The notes under the pieces were generated by a model that saw only the letters and a list, made by a program, of their open reading frames with translations, was not told the DNA's origin and did no database searches. A stretch of 63,534 bases of DNA, counting the filler, from Octopus bimaculoides (taxonomy: Eukaryota), in NCBI RefSeq assembly GCF_001194135.2. It is 7 parts of 6 records of this genome, joined end to end, with 100 filler letters (N's around TTAATTAATTAA, not from the genome) between each part and the next. Parts side by side here need not be neighbours in the genome. Positions count along the whole stretch, not along the records: positions 11,687 to 26,408 come from NC_069006.1; 6 more parts are not named here. The stretch is one strand, 5' to 3'. The position numbers and the translations under genes were made by a program. Below are positions 12,851-25,204 of this stretch, in pieces. Numbering within the stretch: position 1 is the stretch's first letter; the number at the start of each line of letters is the position of its first letter.

Positions 12851-13447
12851 CAGATATAATTTTTGTGCTTAAGCGCGTGCACTTATCTGTGTGTGATTCC
12901 TTGCGTGTGTGTGTATGTGTATGTTTTTGTTTGTCCTCTAATCGCATCATATCCGGTGAAGTAGCAAATCCGCCAATGATTCCGATTGACAAAGTATCAC
13001 ACTTAAAAAATTTCTGGTGTCGATCTGCTTGGCTAAAACCTTCTTCCAGCATGGTCGCTGTCCAATGAACGAAACCAGTAAAGAATAAGAGATATTGTGA
13101 AGACCTTGTATTCTTAATTTACATAAACAAGAACAAGAAAGTCAAGAGCAAACAGTTTTGCAGATCGACGCCGCTTTGACGTTTTTTTATTTTTTTCTCA
13201 CTGGGTGAGTGTCAAGATCCACAACAGCAAAACAAATTGGTGATGAGTGTTATGGCGACTGAAGCTGTTGGCTGGAACGGCGGCAAAATTTGCTGTTTCA
13301 TTTCTCGTTTGTTTTTGCTTTTTTATTTGTATTGGTTAAGTAAATGAGATGAAAACTGTTAAATATAAGCGAGATTACACTTCTTGGTGAAAGAGAGAGT
13401 TCTCTGTTTGAAGAAATTGTGTGTGTCCATAAACATACATACATGTT

Positions 13448-13598
13448 GGCTGTGTGGTAAGAAGCTTGCTTCCCAGCCACGAGGTTTCGGGTTCAGTCCC
13501 ACTGTGTGACACCGTGGGTACGATTCTTCTACTGTAGCTTCGAGCCGACCAAAACTTTGTGGGTGGATTCGGTAGACGGAAACTAAAAAATCCCTTCG

Positions 13599-13634
<36 letters not shown>

Positions 13635-13845
13635 CGTATGTATTTGTGTGTCTATGTTTGTACCCCTAGTATCGCTAGACAACCGATGTTGGTGTGTTTA
13701 AGTCCCCGTAAATCAGCGATTCGGCCAAAGAGAGCGATAGAATTTTTATTAGGCTTACAAAGAATAAGTCCTGGGGTTGATGGGCTATACTAAAGGCGGT
13801 GCTCCAGTATGGCCGCAGTCAAATGGCTGAAACATGTAAAAGAAA
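13448..13845 (+). mobile_element. SINE family A, near full length, with internal (CA)n
   Basis: tRNA-like head ggctgtgtggtaagaagcttgcttcccagccacgaggtttcgggttcagtccc (A/B boxes), a body, and tail ggcggtgctccagtatggccgcagtcaaatggctgaaac. At least 8 related copies are in the window. Confidence 0.9.
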
Positions 13846-13860
13846 TATATATATATATAC

Positions 13861-13916
<56 letters not shown>

Positions 13917-14027
13917 ATATANNNNNNNNNNNNNNNNNNNNNNNNNNNNNNNNNNNNNNNNNNNNNNNNNNNNNNNNNNNNNNNNNNNNNNNNNNNNNNN
14001 NNNNNNNTGGAGCTACTGTAGAAGACA

Positions 14028-14100
14028 CTTGACACTTCAGCAGGACTCAAACTGAAATCTTGTGTTTCCAAAAGGACCGTGTTAACCATACAGCCATGCC
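14028..14100 (-). mobile_element. SINE family A head fragment
   Basis: gtagaagacacttg...ggactcaaactg...aaccatacagcc. Confidence 0.6.
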
Positions 14101-14778
14101 AGCGATTACATACAAGCACACCCCAACAAAATCACATACATATACATGAAAGCAACGCAGGTTCATGGTTCCAGGAATATCTCAATATTTGCTTAACGCT
14201 CCTTAAATTTTTGTTCTGCTTAATGAATTTTTAAGTCAACAACTATCGAAATATTTTGAGTAAACCTTCAGGTAATGCTTCGAAAAAAAAGGGCTGGTTT
14301 GGCGGTGATGCAGTTGCGTGTCAGCCACCACACCAACCCACATCCGACCCACCACTCAACACGATTCCTTTGGCTTCGAAAACAAAACCACAAATATAAA
14401 CACAAGCCAAATATTCATACACATTCGCCGCACAAATTAAATCCTACATCCAAACAAGCACAAACAAAACGACTAACACACGCACGCACACACATATACA
14501 TACATGCATATATAAATATATATATATATATACATAGTTTCATTAGTAATCGGCAGAAGTTACAGAGTTACTCAAGGGCCGATGGTTTCGTGTGCTGGCA
14601 CTTATGTCTCAAGTTCTGTTTTCTAGTTTGCATCGCGAAACCTATGTGTGTGTACGTGTATATATATATATGTATGCATGTACTTATGTATATATATATG
14701 TATACAAATACGCACATATATATTTATGTAACTATATATACATATGCACATATATATACATGTAAATACATATACATG

Positions 14779-14838
<60 letters not shown>

Positions 14839-15119
14839 CATACACACACATGTATGTATATAAAATGTGTGTATGTGCGTGTGTAATATTTGCATACACT
14901 CACATGATGACGTCAAGAAATTTATTAATTTTAGAACATTTGATGAATATAGAATTAATTGTTTTCTGCTTTTCCAAAATTGCATTTCATCTTTCATTTT
15001 CACTGTTTGCTTAGATATGGGTGAATATTTGTCGGAAATATAGTCTCAAATTATTAAATGGTGAGACGTGTTATTACAGTAGCGTTGGCGTGTCGGCTTT
15101 GCTACGTAGCTGTACCAGT

Positions 15120-15300
15120 GTTCAGGCTGTAGTTCACACAATAGCATCATCGCGGTTTCGATATCTGAACTGGGTGATGTAATGTGTTCTTGAGGACTTT
15201 ATGCTACTACACTCCACTCAACTGTAGTAAAAACGAGTAACCGTGTAACAGGGTGGCGTCCCGTTCAGGGTGGATGTGAAATTTATCGTCTGATGGAAAT
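15120..15300 (+). mobile_element. SINE family C-like, diverged
   Basis: atcgcggtttcgatatctgaactggg resembles the head at 52184-52207. It is followed by ccactcaactgtagtaaaaacgagta and ggcgtcccgttcaggg. Confidence 0.45.
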
Positions 15301-15469
15301 GGGGTGTCCAGCTCCTTGTGTCTTCGGACATGAAATAATAATGTTGTTGTTGTAGTTATTGATATTGATGATGATGACGATGATGTTCATTGTGATTATG
15401 GTGATAATGACGCTGCTGCTACTGCTACTGCTGCTGCTGCTGATGATGATGGTGGTGATTACGATGATA

Positions 15470-16090
15470 ATCTTTTCTACCCTAGGCACAAGGTTCGAAA
15501 TTTGTGGGGAGGGGGCCAGTCGATTAGATCGTCTCCAAGACGCAACTAGTACTTAATTTATAGACCGCGAAAGGATAAAAGGCAAAGTCGACCACGGCGG
15601 AATTTGAACTCAAACAGACGGAATACCGCTAAGCATTTCACCCGGCTTGCTAACGAGTCTGCCAGCCCGTCGCCCTACAAGAAACATAATATTGAAAACC
15701 TCAATCATTGTTGAGATTCATTTAAAGTTAATTTTACCAAAGCCTGGTGCTGTGTCCTCAGAATTTGAACTCAGAACGTCAAGACAGACGAAATACCTAT
15801 TTCGTTATTGCCCACAAGGGGCTAAACATAGAGGGAACAAACAAGAACAGACGAACGGATTTAGTCGATTACATCGGCCCCAGTGCGTAACTGGTACTTA
15901 ATTTATCGACCCCGAAAGGATGAAAGGCAAAGTCGACCTCGGCGGAATTTGAACTCAGAACGTAACGGCAGACGAAATACCGCTAAGCATTTCGCCCGGC
16001 ATGCTAACGTTTTTTATTTCTCAACTGCACACAAGGGGCTACACACAGAGAGGACAAACAAGGACAGACAAACGGTTTAAGTCGATTATA
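15470..16090 (-). mobile_element. SINE family B tandem cluster (about 3 units, two tail types)
   Basis: Repeated gaaaggat(a/g)aaaggcaaagtcgacc...ggcggaatttgaactca and gacgaaataccgctaagcatttc. The alternative tail cacaaggggct...gacaaacgg is also seen at 6900-6960. Confidence 0.9.
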
Positions 16091-16619
16091 CCGAAACAAG
16101 TAAAAGAATAAAATACTACGTGCACACTTGCACCACCTTGTGTAAATCTTTGGTACGAAAGAGGTTGATATAGTAAAAGAGGGTGGTGGCGTAGATATAG
16201 TAGTAGTCGTGGTGCTGGTAGCGTTCGAGATGATTCATGTTGTTGTTGGTGGTGGTGCGGATGGTGCTTGTAATTGGCGAAGAAGATGCTATTGGTTGCT
16301 GATGATAAGCGCGGGTGTACTTCGTGGTGTTGATGAAGATATATGTGATGGCGTTAGTAGTGGTGGCGGTGGTGGTGCTGTGTGTGTGTGAAGTTGTTAG
16401 CGTTCGTACTGTAAATAGCCATTTTCTTTACATTAGCTCTTCTGAAATATCTCGGAATGAGTACAACAAAATTTGTTTGCTCCCCTCCGGAGTTTTCATT
16501 TAATTGCTGTCAAGGTCTTCGAGCGGGAAAATAAAGAGAAACACATAACGCAAAACGAAATATAACAAACAAACAAAAATGCAAAAATATCCCAGGCAAA
16601 ATGAGAAAAGATTATTTCT

Positions 16620-16725
16620 TTTGCATGTTGTTGTGTTTGCTGCTGTTGCTGGTGCTGCTGTTGCTGGTGCTGCTGTTGTTGTTGCAGTTGTTGTTGTTGC
16701 TGTCGTTGTTGGTGTTGTTGTTTGC
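16620..16725. repeat. (TGC/TGT)n trinucleotide tract (poly-Q on minus strand)
   Basis: gttgttgtgtttgctgctgttgctggtgc... Confidence 0.85.
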
Positions 16726-16838
16726 CATGCCGTAATGTCGTGAACAATTCAATGTGTGATAACCTTTGCAATTTGCCAAAACCAGGATTGGTTGGAACAG
16801 CGTGTGCGTATGCGCGTATGTGTTTATATGTGTGTGTA

Positions 16839-16918
<80 letters not shown>

Positions 16919-17294
16919 TAGGAGTGTGTTACTGTGCTGGTCACCGTTAGCAAAGGAAATTTCACATTTGTAAGATAAGACTCTACTAATAATGAAAGCG
17001 CTGAAGGTTATGATGATGATAATTGAGATTTGATGGTGATGATGATGGTGGGAATAATGGGTAATGATGATGATGATGATGATGGTAGTGATGCTAGATG
17101 TATTGTGGGGATCGTGGGGGTGGTAACTTTTTAGGTTATGATGATCATGCTGATGCTGATAGCGATTTTATCTTTGTTGATGATTGTGATGTTAAAGATC
17201 ATTTATCTTCTCCGCATCATCATCATAACAAAATAATAATAATAATAATAATAATCATTATTATGATTATTATTATTATTATTATTATTATTAT

Positions 17295-18500
17295 CCAGTA
17301 GTCTTATTTTTATAACGTGCTTTCACTTCACTACCGAGCGCAGCTCTGTGCGCCTTGGGTATGTGCTGTGGTTTGCTGTGATGCTCTTATGGTTACTGTA
17401 TTGAAAGTTCTTNNNNNNNNNNNNNNNNNNNNNNNNNNNNNNNNNNNNNNNNNNNNNNNNNNNNNNNNNNNNNNNNNNNNNNNNNNNNNNNNNNNNNNNN
17501 NNNNNNNNNNNNNNNNNNNNNNNNNNNNNNNNNNNNNNNNNNNNNNNNNNNNNNNNNNNNNNNNNNNNNNNNNNNNNNNNNNNNNNNNNNNNNNNNNNNN
17601 NNNNNNNNNNNNNNNNNNNNNNNNNNNNNNNNNNNNNNNNNNNNNNNNNNNNNNNNNNNNNNNNNNNNNNNNNNNNNNNNNNNNNNNNNNNNNNNNNNNN
17701 NNNNNNNNNNNNNNNNNNNNNNNNNNNNNNNNNNNNNNNNNNNNNNNNNNNNNNNNNNNNNNNNNNNNNNNNNNNNNNNNNNNNNNNNNNNNNNNNNNNN
17801 NNNNNNNNNNNNNNNNNNNNNNNNNNNNNNNNNNNNNNNNNNNNNNNNNNNNNNNNNNNNNNNNNNNNNNNNNNNNNNNNNNNNNNNNNNNNNNNNNNNN
17901 NNNNNNNNNNNNNNNNNNNNNNNNNNNNNNNNNNNNNNNNNNNNNNNNNNNNNNNNNNNNNNNNNNNNNNNNNNNNNNNNNNNNNNNNNNNNNNNNNNNN
18001 NNNNNNNNNNNNNNNNNNNNNNNNNNNNNNNNNNNNNNNNNNNNNNNNNNNNNNNNNNNNNNNNNNNNNNNNNNNNNNNNNNNNNNNNNNNNNNNNNNNN
18101 NNNNNNNNNNNNNNNNNNNNNNNNNNNNNNNNNNNNNNNNNNNNNNNNNNNNNNNNNNNNNNNNNNNNNNNNNNNNNNNNNNNNNNNNNNNNNNNNNNNN
18201 NNNNNNNNNNNNNNNNNNNNNNNNNNNNNNNNNNNNNNNNNNNNNNNNNNNNNNNNNNNNNNCTTTTCTTGCCATCGTTCTATCATGGTCCGTTGCTGTT
18301 CTAGTTTTAATTTGGCTTTCATTTGTTTTATAGCTTTTGTTTCTGCTTCTTCTTCTTCTTGTCTATTTCTTTTGCGTTTAGTTTAGCCCAATATTTACCA
18401 TGTATGGGCTTTTCTTGCCATCGTTCTATCATGGTCCGTTGCTGTTCTAGTTTTAATTTGGCTTTCATTTGTTTTATAGCTTTTGTTTCTGCTTCTTCTT
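17295..18500 (-). mobile_element. R4/Dong-like RLE LINE, 5'-truncated copy 1 (centre in gap)
   Basis: The 3' end at 17370-17412 is identical to 18685-18718 of copy 2. The 5' part encodes KAIKQMKAKLKLEQQRTMIERWQEKPIHGKYWAKL (W.EKPxHG motif of R4-clade ORFs). Both ends abut (TAA)n on the element strand. Confidence 0.8.
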
Positions 18501-18529
18501 CTTATTATTATTATTATTATCATTATTGA

Positions 18530-18640
18530 AGGCGGCAATGTGGCAGAATAAAATAATTATCATTTGAGTACTGCGGCCGATTTAATCGACTGGCATCCTC
18601 CCCTTAAATTTCAGGCCTTGTGCCCTTAATAGAAAGGATT
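18530..18640 (+). mobile_element. SINE family B, internally deleted
   Basis: aaggcggcaatgtggcagaat head joined to taatcgactggcatcctcccc...ggccttgtgccc tail. Confidence 0.7.
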
Positions 18641-18684
18641 ATCATCATCATCAACATTACTACTACTACTACTANNNNNNNNNN

Positions 18685-19085
18685 TGTGATGCTCTTATGG
18701 TTACTGTATTGAAAGTTCTTTTGCGTAGGATGTCTGCGGTGCCCAGTAGTGCAATTTTCTGTATGTTATATATATTTGTCGGTCCTGGTGTCTTTGTTAT
18801 GTATTTGTCTGAATATTTTTTTATCATACCTAATGCGCCCACTATGATACGAATTGTTTCTGTTTTTAGATTCCACATTCGAGTTACCTCTATTTCCAGG
18901 TCTTTGTATTTTGAAAGTTTCTCCATTTCTTTTAGGGAAACGTTGTCATCTGCTGGTATTGATACATCAATTAGAAAGCATTTTTTTCCTTCATGATCTC
19001 TGACAACTATATCTGGCCTATTGGCCTTAATTTCTCTATCTGTGTGTATTGGCATATCTCAGAGTATGGTTGCTTTCTCGTTTTT
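18685..19085 (-). mobile_element. R4/Dong-like LINE copy 2, restriction-like endonuclease domain
   Basis: IHTDREIKANRPDIVVRDHEGKKCFLIDVSIPADDNVSLKEMEKLSKYKDLEIEV...IIVGALG...IQKIALLGTADILRK: PD-(D/E)xK RLE motif. Confidence 0.92.
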
Positions 19086-20049
19086 NNNNNNNNNNNNNNN
19101 NNNNNNNNNNNNNNNNNNNNNNNNNNNNNNNNNNNNNNNNNNNNNNNNNNNNNNNNNNNNNNNNNNNNNNNNNNNNNNNNNNNNNNNNNNNNNNNNNNNN
19201 NNNNNNNNNNNNNNNNNNNNNNNNNNNNNNNNNNNNNNNNNNNNNNNNNNNNNNNNNNNNNNNNNNNNNNNNNNNNNNNNNNNNNNNNNNNNNNNNNNNN
19301 NNNNNNNNNNNNNNNNNNNNNNNNNNNNNNNNNNNNNNNNNNNNNNNNNNNNNNNNNNNNNNNNNNNNNNNNNNNNNNNNNNNNNNNNNNNNNNNNNNNN
19401 NNNNNNNNNNNNNNNNNNNNNNNNNNNNNNNNNNNNNNNNNNNNNNNNNNNNNNNNNNNNNNNNNNNNNNNNNNNNNNNNNNNNNNNNNNNNNNNNNNNN
19501 NNNNNNNNNNNNNNNNNNNNNNNNNNNNNNNNNNNNNNNNNNNNNNNNNNNNNNNNNNNNNNNNNNNNNNNNNNNNNNNNNNNNNNNNNNNNNNNNNNNN
19601 NNNNNNNNNNNNNNNNNNNNNNNNNNNNNNNNNNNNNNNNNNNNNNNNNNNNNNNNNNNNNNNNNNNNNNNNNNNNNNNNNNNNNNNNNNNNNNNNNNNN
19701 NNNNNNNNNNNNNNNNNNNNNNNNNNNNNNNNNNNNNNNNNNNNNNNNNNNNNNNNNNNNNNNNNNNNNNNNNNNNNNNNNNNNNNNNNNNNNNNNNNNN
19801 NNNNNNNNNNNNNNNNNNNNNNNNNNNNNNNNNNNNNNNNNNNNNNNNNNNNNNNNNNNNNNNNNNNNNNNNNNNNNNNNAACATTACTACTACTACTAC
19901 TACTACTATTACTAAAGCAAGCTAAGTTTGAAGATCAATAAGTAGGAGTTAATTACTATAATTTTTATCAACATTATCATCTGTAGTAGATGTATTTGTA
20001 GTATTACAAGCAGTAGTAGCCTCACGTTCTGCCCTCTTATTCCTCCTGC

Positions 20050-20400
20050 ACCTCCTCTTCATCATCACCACCATCACCATCATCATCATCATCTTCATAA
20101 TCACCATCACCATATTCATCATCGTCACCATCATCACCATCAACATCATCATCAACATCAACCTCCCCTTTACCGACATTATCATCATCATAATCACCAT
20201 CACTGACATCATCATCATCATCATCATCTTCATCCTCCTCCTCCTAATCATCATCATCATCACCATTATCATCATAATCACCATCATCATAATAACCATC
20301 ACCATCATCACCATCACCATCACCATCACCATCACTGACATCATCATCTTCATCATCCACTTCCTCATCATCGTCATCAACTTCGTCGTCATCGTCACCC
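20050..20400. repeat. Degenerate (CAT)n tract
   Basis: catcatcaccaccatc... over about 350 bp; explains the poly-Met ORF 19949..20464. Confidence 0.9.
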
Positions 20401-20900
20401 TTATCTGCATCAGCAGTAATAATACAATATAATATATTTGCGTCTCCATCGTTTCAACGTTCATTATTTTCTCTCAACTTTTCTCTCTTTCTCTCTCTCT
20501 CTCTGTCAGTCTGACTGTCTCTCTCTCTCCGCCACTCTCTCTCTCTCTCTCTTCTATTCTTTCCTATTCTCTTCTCTTGCGATAACAAGTGAATTTCAGC
20601 ATCTATGAGTTTTTAGAGGGGTTTGAGGCAGAAATGATATCTGCATCTAAGAAAATCCCTCTTCCCAGGTTCACTGAAAACAGCATCTTCTGCCACTTCA
20701 CATCACGTTAGAATCTAAATATCGGCAACACACCCTCTTCTTCTTCTTCTTCTTCTCCTCTTCCTCATCCGACTCCTTCCCTTGCTCTTCTTTATCTGCA
20801 GGGCAGAATCCGTATTCATTTTATTTATCACGTTCAATCTATGAAGTTCTATCAACACTACATTGTCAAAGAATGTATGTATGTGTGTGTCTGTTTATAT

Positions 20901-20944
<44 letters not shown>

Positions 20945-21533
20945 GTCTGTCTGTTTGTCTATCTATCCCTCTGCCTTTGTATGTNNNNNNNNNNNNNNNN
21001 NNNNNNNNNNNNNNNNNNNNNNNNNNNNNNNNNNNNNNNNNNNNNNNNNNNNNNNNNNNNNNNNNNNNNNNNNNNNNNNNNNNNNNNNNNNNNNNNNNNN
21101 NNNNNNNNNNNNNNNNNNNNNNNNNNNNNNNNNNNNNNNNNNNNNNNNNNNNNNNNNNNNNNNNNNNNNNNNNNNNNNNNNNNNNNNNNNNNNNNNNNNN
21201 NNNNNNNNNNNNNNNNNNNNNNNNNNNNNNNNNNNNNNNNNNNNNNNNNNNNNNNNNNNNNNNNNNNNNNNNNNNNNNNNNNNNNNNNNNNNNNNNNNNN
21301 NNNNNNNNNNNNNNNNNNNNNNNNNNNNNNNNNNNNNNNNNNNNNNNNNNNNNNNNNNNNNNNNNNNNNNNNNNNNNNNNNNNNNNNNNNNNNNNNNNNN
21401 NNNNNNNNNNNNNNNNNNNNNNNNNNNNNNNNNNNNNNNNNNNNNNNNNNNNNNNNNNNNNNNNNNNNNNNNNNNNNNNNNNNNNNNNNNNNNNNNNNNN
21501 NNNNNNNNNNNNNNNNNNNNNNNNNNNNNNNNN

Positions 21534-21582
<49 letters not shown>

Positions 21583-21998
21583 CATACACAGACACACACA
21601 CACATCTATATATGGTGGAGGTGCATATATGGTAGCATATACACCATGCCCACACACACATACCTACACATAAAACCATATGCTTCTCTTCCTGTCTCCT
21701 GTGATTATACTCGTCTCTCCATCTCCAGGACCAAAGATGTGTAGCTGTGTAATTAGCGGAATATTTTATATGGCCATGAGACAAAAAGCTAACCGATCAG
21801 ATATTAAGGTTTCTCAACATACCATACTAAACGTGCGCTTAACAATTACCTCCGTCGTTCACTCACTATATCTCTGCTTTCCGCGAGCGAGAGGGTAANN
21901 NNNNNNNNNNNNNNNNNNNNNNNNNNNNNNNNNNNNNNNNNNNNNNNNNNNNNNNNNNNNNNNNNNNNNNNNNNNNNNNNNNNNNNNNNNNNNNNNNN

Positions 21999-22037
<39 letters not shown>

Positions 22038-22987
22038 CATATATTTACATATGTATATATACATATATATATGTATGTAAATGATATACACGCCTATATA
22101 CACTTACATGTACATGTACGTGAATTTATGTTTGTATGTAATTATATACACAAACGCGTACACGTACATATATGTTTGTGTTTGTGAGTGTGTGTGAGTG
22201 TGTGTGTGCGATTGTGTTTTCGTGGTCCTCGGCGATGATGAATCTCCGGAAGCAACTTTTCAACCCTTCGCCATTTCTATTCCGACATGGACAAACTGTC
22301 TTTAACCATCGTTACGTGACATCACACCATTTTCGCTACATTCCATTCGTGGATTCTAAACCTTTTTCAAAGAAACTCAACAATGCTACAGCAACAAGAA
22401 TACGAACAACATTAGACAACAGAGCAACATCAATAACCGCAACAACAACCACATTTTGAAAAACGACCACAGTAAATAAATTGACCCCAAGAAACTTGGC
22501 GCAAAATGGCGTCAATGAAATATATTACGTCTGGGGAAGTTATCGTTACTGGGATTCTCGTTCTGACCGTTGACGTTGTTGTTATTATTGTTGGTAATTC
22601 TTCTGTTAATATTGGGGTCATCCCATAAATAATGCGGTTTTTTAAATATTTCTTTTATATTTCAAAATTAAAATATGTGTGTATGTCTGTGCGCGTGGGT
22701 TGTGTATGGGATTGTGTGTGCGGAGTATATTTGCGCTCCTTTGTGTGTATGTGCGTGTGTGTGTGTATGTGTTTGCGCGTGTGTATATGTGTGTGTGCCT
22801 GTGTGTATGTGCGTGCGTGCATGTGTGCGTGTATGTGTGTGCGTGTGTATACGTGTGTGCGCGTGTGTGTGCATATATGCGTGTATTTGTGTTCGTGTGT
22901 GCATGTGTGTGTGCGTGTGTATATTTGTGTGTGAACGTAGAGTTGTGTGTGGAGGTACGTGTGCGTTTTTTTTTTTGCGTGTATACA

Positions 22988-23185
22988 CAGTAATCCCCCG
23001 ATTATCGCGGGTGCCACGTTCCAAAACTTCCCAAAGAAATAATTAAAATCTAAAAAAATACCAATACCTATCGGCCGCAGAAACCCGCAATATACTGAGG
23101 AGTCCGCGATATAAATTTACATATATTAGGCAGAAAAATCCGCGATGTACTGACTGCGTGATAGGTGAACCACGATACGGTGAGG
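22988..23185 (+). mobile_element. pogo/Tigger-like MITE remnant
   Basis: Left end cagtaatcccccgattatcgcggg; decayed right end gaaccacgatacggtgagg; internal ccgcgat repeats; no ORF. Confidence 0.6.
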
Positions 23186-23189
23186 TATT

Positions 23190-23240
23190 GGCGGTGCTCC
23201 AGGGTGGCTGCAGTCAAATGACCGAAACAAATAAAGGAGT
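23190..23240 (+). mobile_element. Isolated SINE A / CR1-type 3' tail
   Basis: ggcggtgctccagggtggctgcagtcaaatgaccgaaacaaataaaa. Confidence 0.7.
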
Positions 23241-23264
23241 ATATATATATTAATACACAATCAG

Positions 23265-24319
23265 ATTGTTCCCACACGTAATACAATCTTACGTTGAGGG
23301 AAGGCACTTTCTACACGAGGTACACTAATGAATAGGAGACCGGCGGGGGCACCACGAATGGTACGGACCCCGGAAAACGTTGAATGCCTCAGACGATACG
23401 AATCCCTCTGCTCGGAGGCATTCCACTGAACTTGGCGTATTTTGCATGAAGACCTGCATTTCCACCCGTAAAAATTGGTCATTGTGCAACAGTTGAAACC
23501 ATGGGACTATGCACAGTGGCTTAACTTCGCATGTCAGATAGAAGCAATTTTTTGAGGCAAATGACAACTTTATTTTGTTAATGAGTGATGAAGCTCATTT
23601 TAATCTAAATGGCATACTGAATCATCGGAACTGCCGTTATTGAGCTCTTGATAATCCGAGAAAACTGCATGAAAGAAAACTACACAGCCCAAAAGTGACG
23701 GTCTGGTGTGCTGCTGGAAAAGCTGCTGTCGTTGGGTCTTACTTTTTTAAAGACAATAACGGAAATGTCGCTAGTGTGAACTCCGAGCGTTACATCGAGA
23801 TGATAAAGAACTTCTCTGTGCTGGTATTACGACGAAAACGTAGGCCTATTCGACGTGCGTGGTTTCAGCGGGATGGGGCGATGGGTCCACGCAGCCAGGG
23901 CATCAGTGAACGTTATTCACCTTCTCTTCGGTGACCACCTCATTTCCAGATTTGCTGATATTGCTTGGCCCCCTCGGTCCCCTGATTTGTACATGTCTGA
24001 TTGTTTCTTGTAGGGAAACCTCATGGCACATGTGTATGCGCAGAAGCCCCGTACACTCTACAATTTGAAGGAAGCTATTCGCGTGGAAGTCGCCAAAATC
24101 GGCAGAGCAATGTGGAAAGAGTGGAGGCCAACTTCCAAGAACGTCTTCAGAAATGCATCAATGAAAACTGACACCAAATGATGGATGTTGTTTTTCACAC
24201 TTGATTTTCACAACTACTAAATCAATACAAACACATTGATGTCAATAACATTCGTTTGCAGCTAAAATTAATGATTTTGTGAAGTTTTCAAAAACGTCCG
24301 TCCTCTCTGCTCCACCCTG
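23265..24319 (+). mobile_element. Tc1/mariner superfamily transposon, rosa-like (DD41D), 5'-truncated and inactivated
   Basis: LMSDEAHFNLNG...NCRY...LHSPKVTVWC...YFF...VNSERY...WFQRDGA...ISRFADIAWPPRSPDL..D. The second D (23872) to third D (23999) distance is 127 nt, i.e. 41 intervening residues plus a 1-nt frameshift. The 3' TIR ends ...ctccaccctg followed by TA (24320-24321). Confidence 0.88.
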
Positions 24320-24827
24320 TATAATATATTTTATAAGATTAAAGCTTACTCACACGGCAAATAGTCTAATATGCGATTATTTGCTAAACAGACTCAATAA
24401 AAATGAAGTTTGAAAACCCCACTATATAAAATAAATTTTAATTTATAATTTTCTCAGAGGTATTTTACATGTTTTGATTCATGAAAAAACGAACCTTATC
24501 AAAAATACATATTATTTAAAACAAAATGTAATTAAAAGAAGAGTTCATAATTGTTTCTTACTGGTGTCAACATAGTCCACGTGGGAGCGTTTTGGGGGTG
24601 AGGACATCATGGCCGTCTCGTGCGTCGACTTGAATCGTTGGCTGTAGTAGTAGTAGTAGTGACCGTGTTGGTAACGGTAGTCATTAGCAATACGGTCACT
24701 CGTATGCCACCTACACTTTTTAATCAATACATATATATANNNNNNNNNNNNNNNNNNNNNNNNNNNNNNNNNNNNNNNNNNNNNNNNNNNNNNNNNNNNN
24801 NNNNNNNNNNNNNNNNNNNNNNNNNNN

Positions 24828-24861
<34 letters not shown>

Positions 24862-25144
24862 CACATATATTTCGTTTTTGAATTTGGTTTGCAAGATTCT
24901 TTATGTGAATTCATGTGTTGAAGCATTTTTTTTATTGTGTCTGGGGAGAGTCATTCTGTTTTAATGTCTTGTTATTTAACACACCCACCGGTTCGATTTC
25001 CATTCATTTACTTATTTCTTAATCTGAACGTATGGGTTCACATGCGCGCACGCACACACGTACGCACACACACGTATATATAGGCACACACATATATGCG
25101 CACAGACACACGCACTCAGAAGTATCTATTTCTTGATTAACCTC

Positions 25145-25204
<60 letters not shown>

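Noticed and set aside
12865-13110. Protein-looking ORFs on both strands
   Set aside because: No recognisable domain and no coherent splice boundaries.
16496-16771. Poly-Q protein
   Set aside because: Trinucleotide tract in a short ORF with no other coding signal.
20590-20710. IYEFLEGFEAEM... open frame after a pyrimidine tract
   Set aside because: No good donor before the stop, the antisense frame is equally open, and no homology is recognised.
23198-23210. cagggtgg as the 5' TIR of the DD41D element
   Set aside because: It lies inside a SINE A tail (ggcggtgctccag...gcagtcaaatga) and does not extend to match the 3' TIR.
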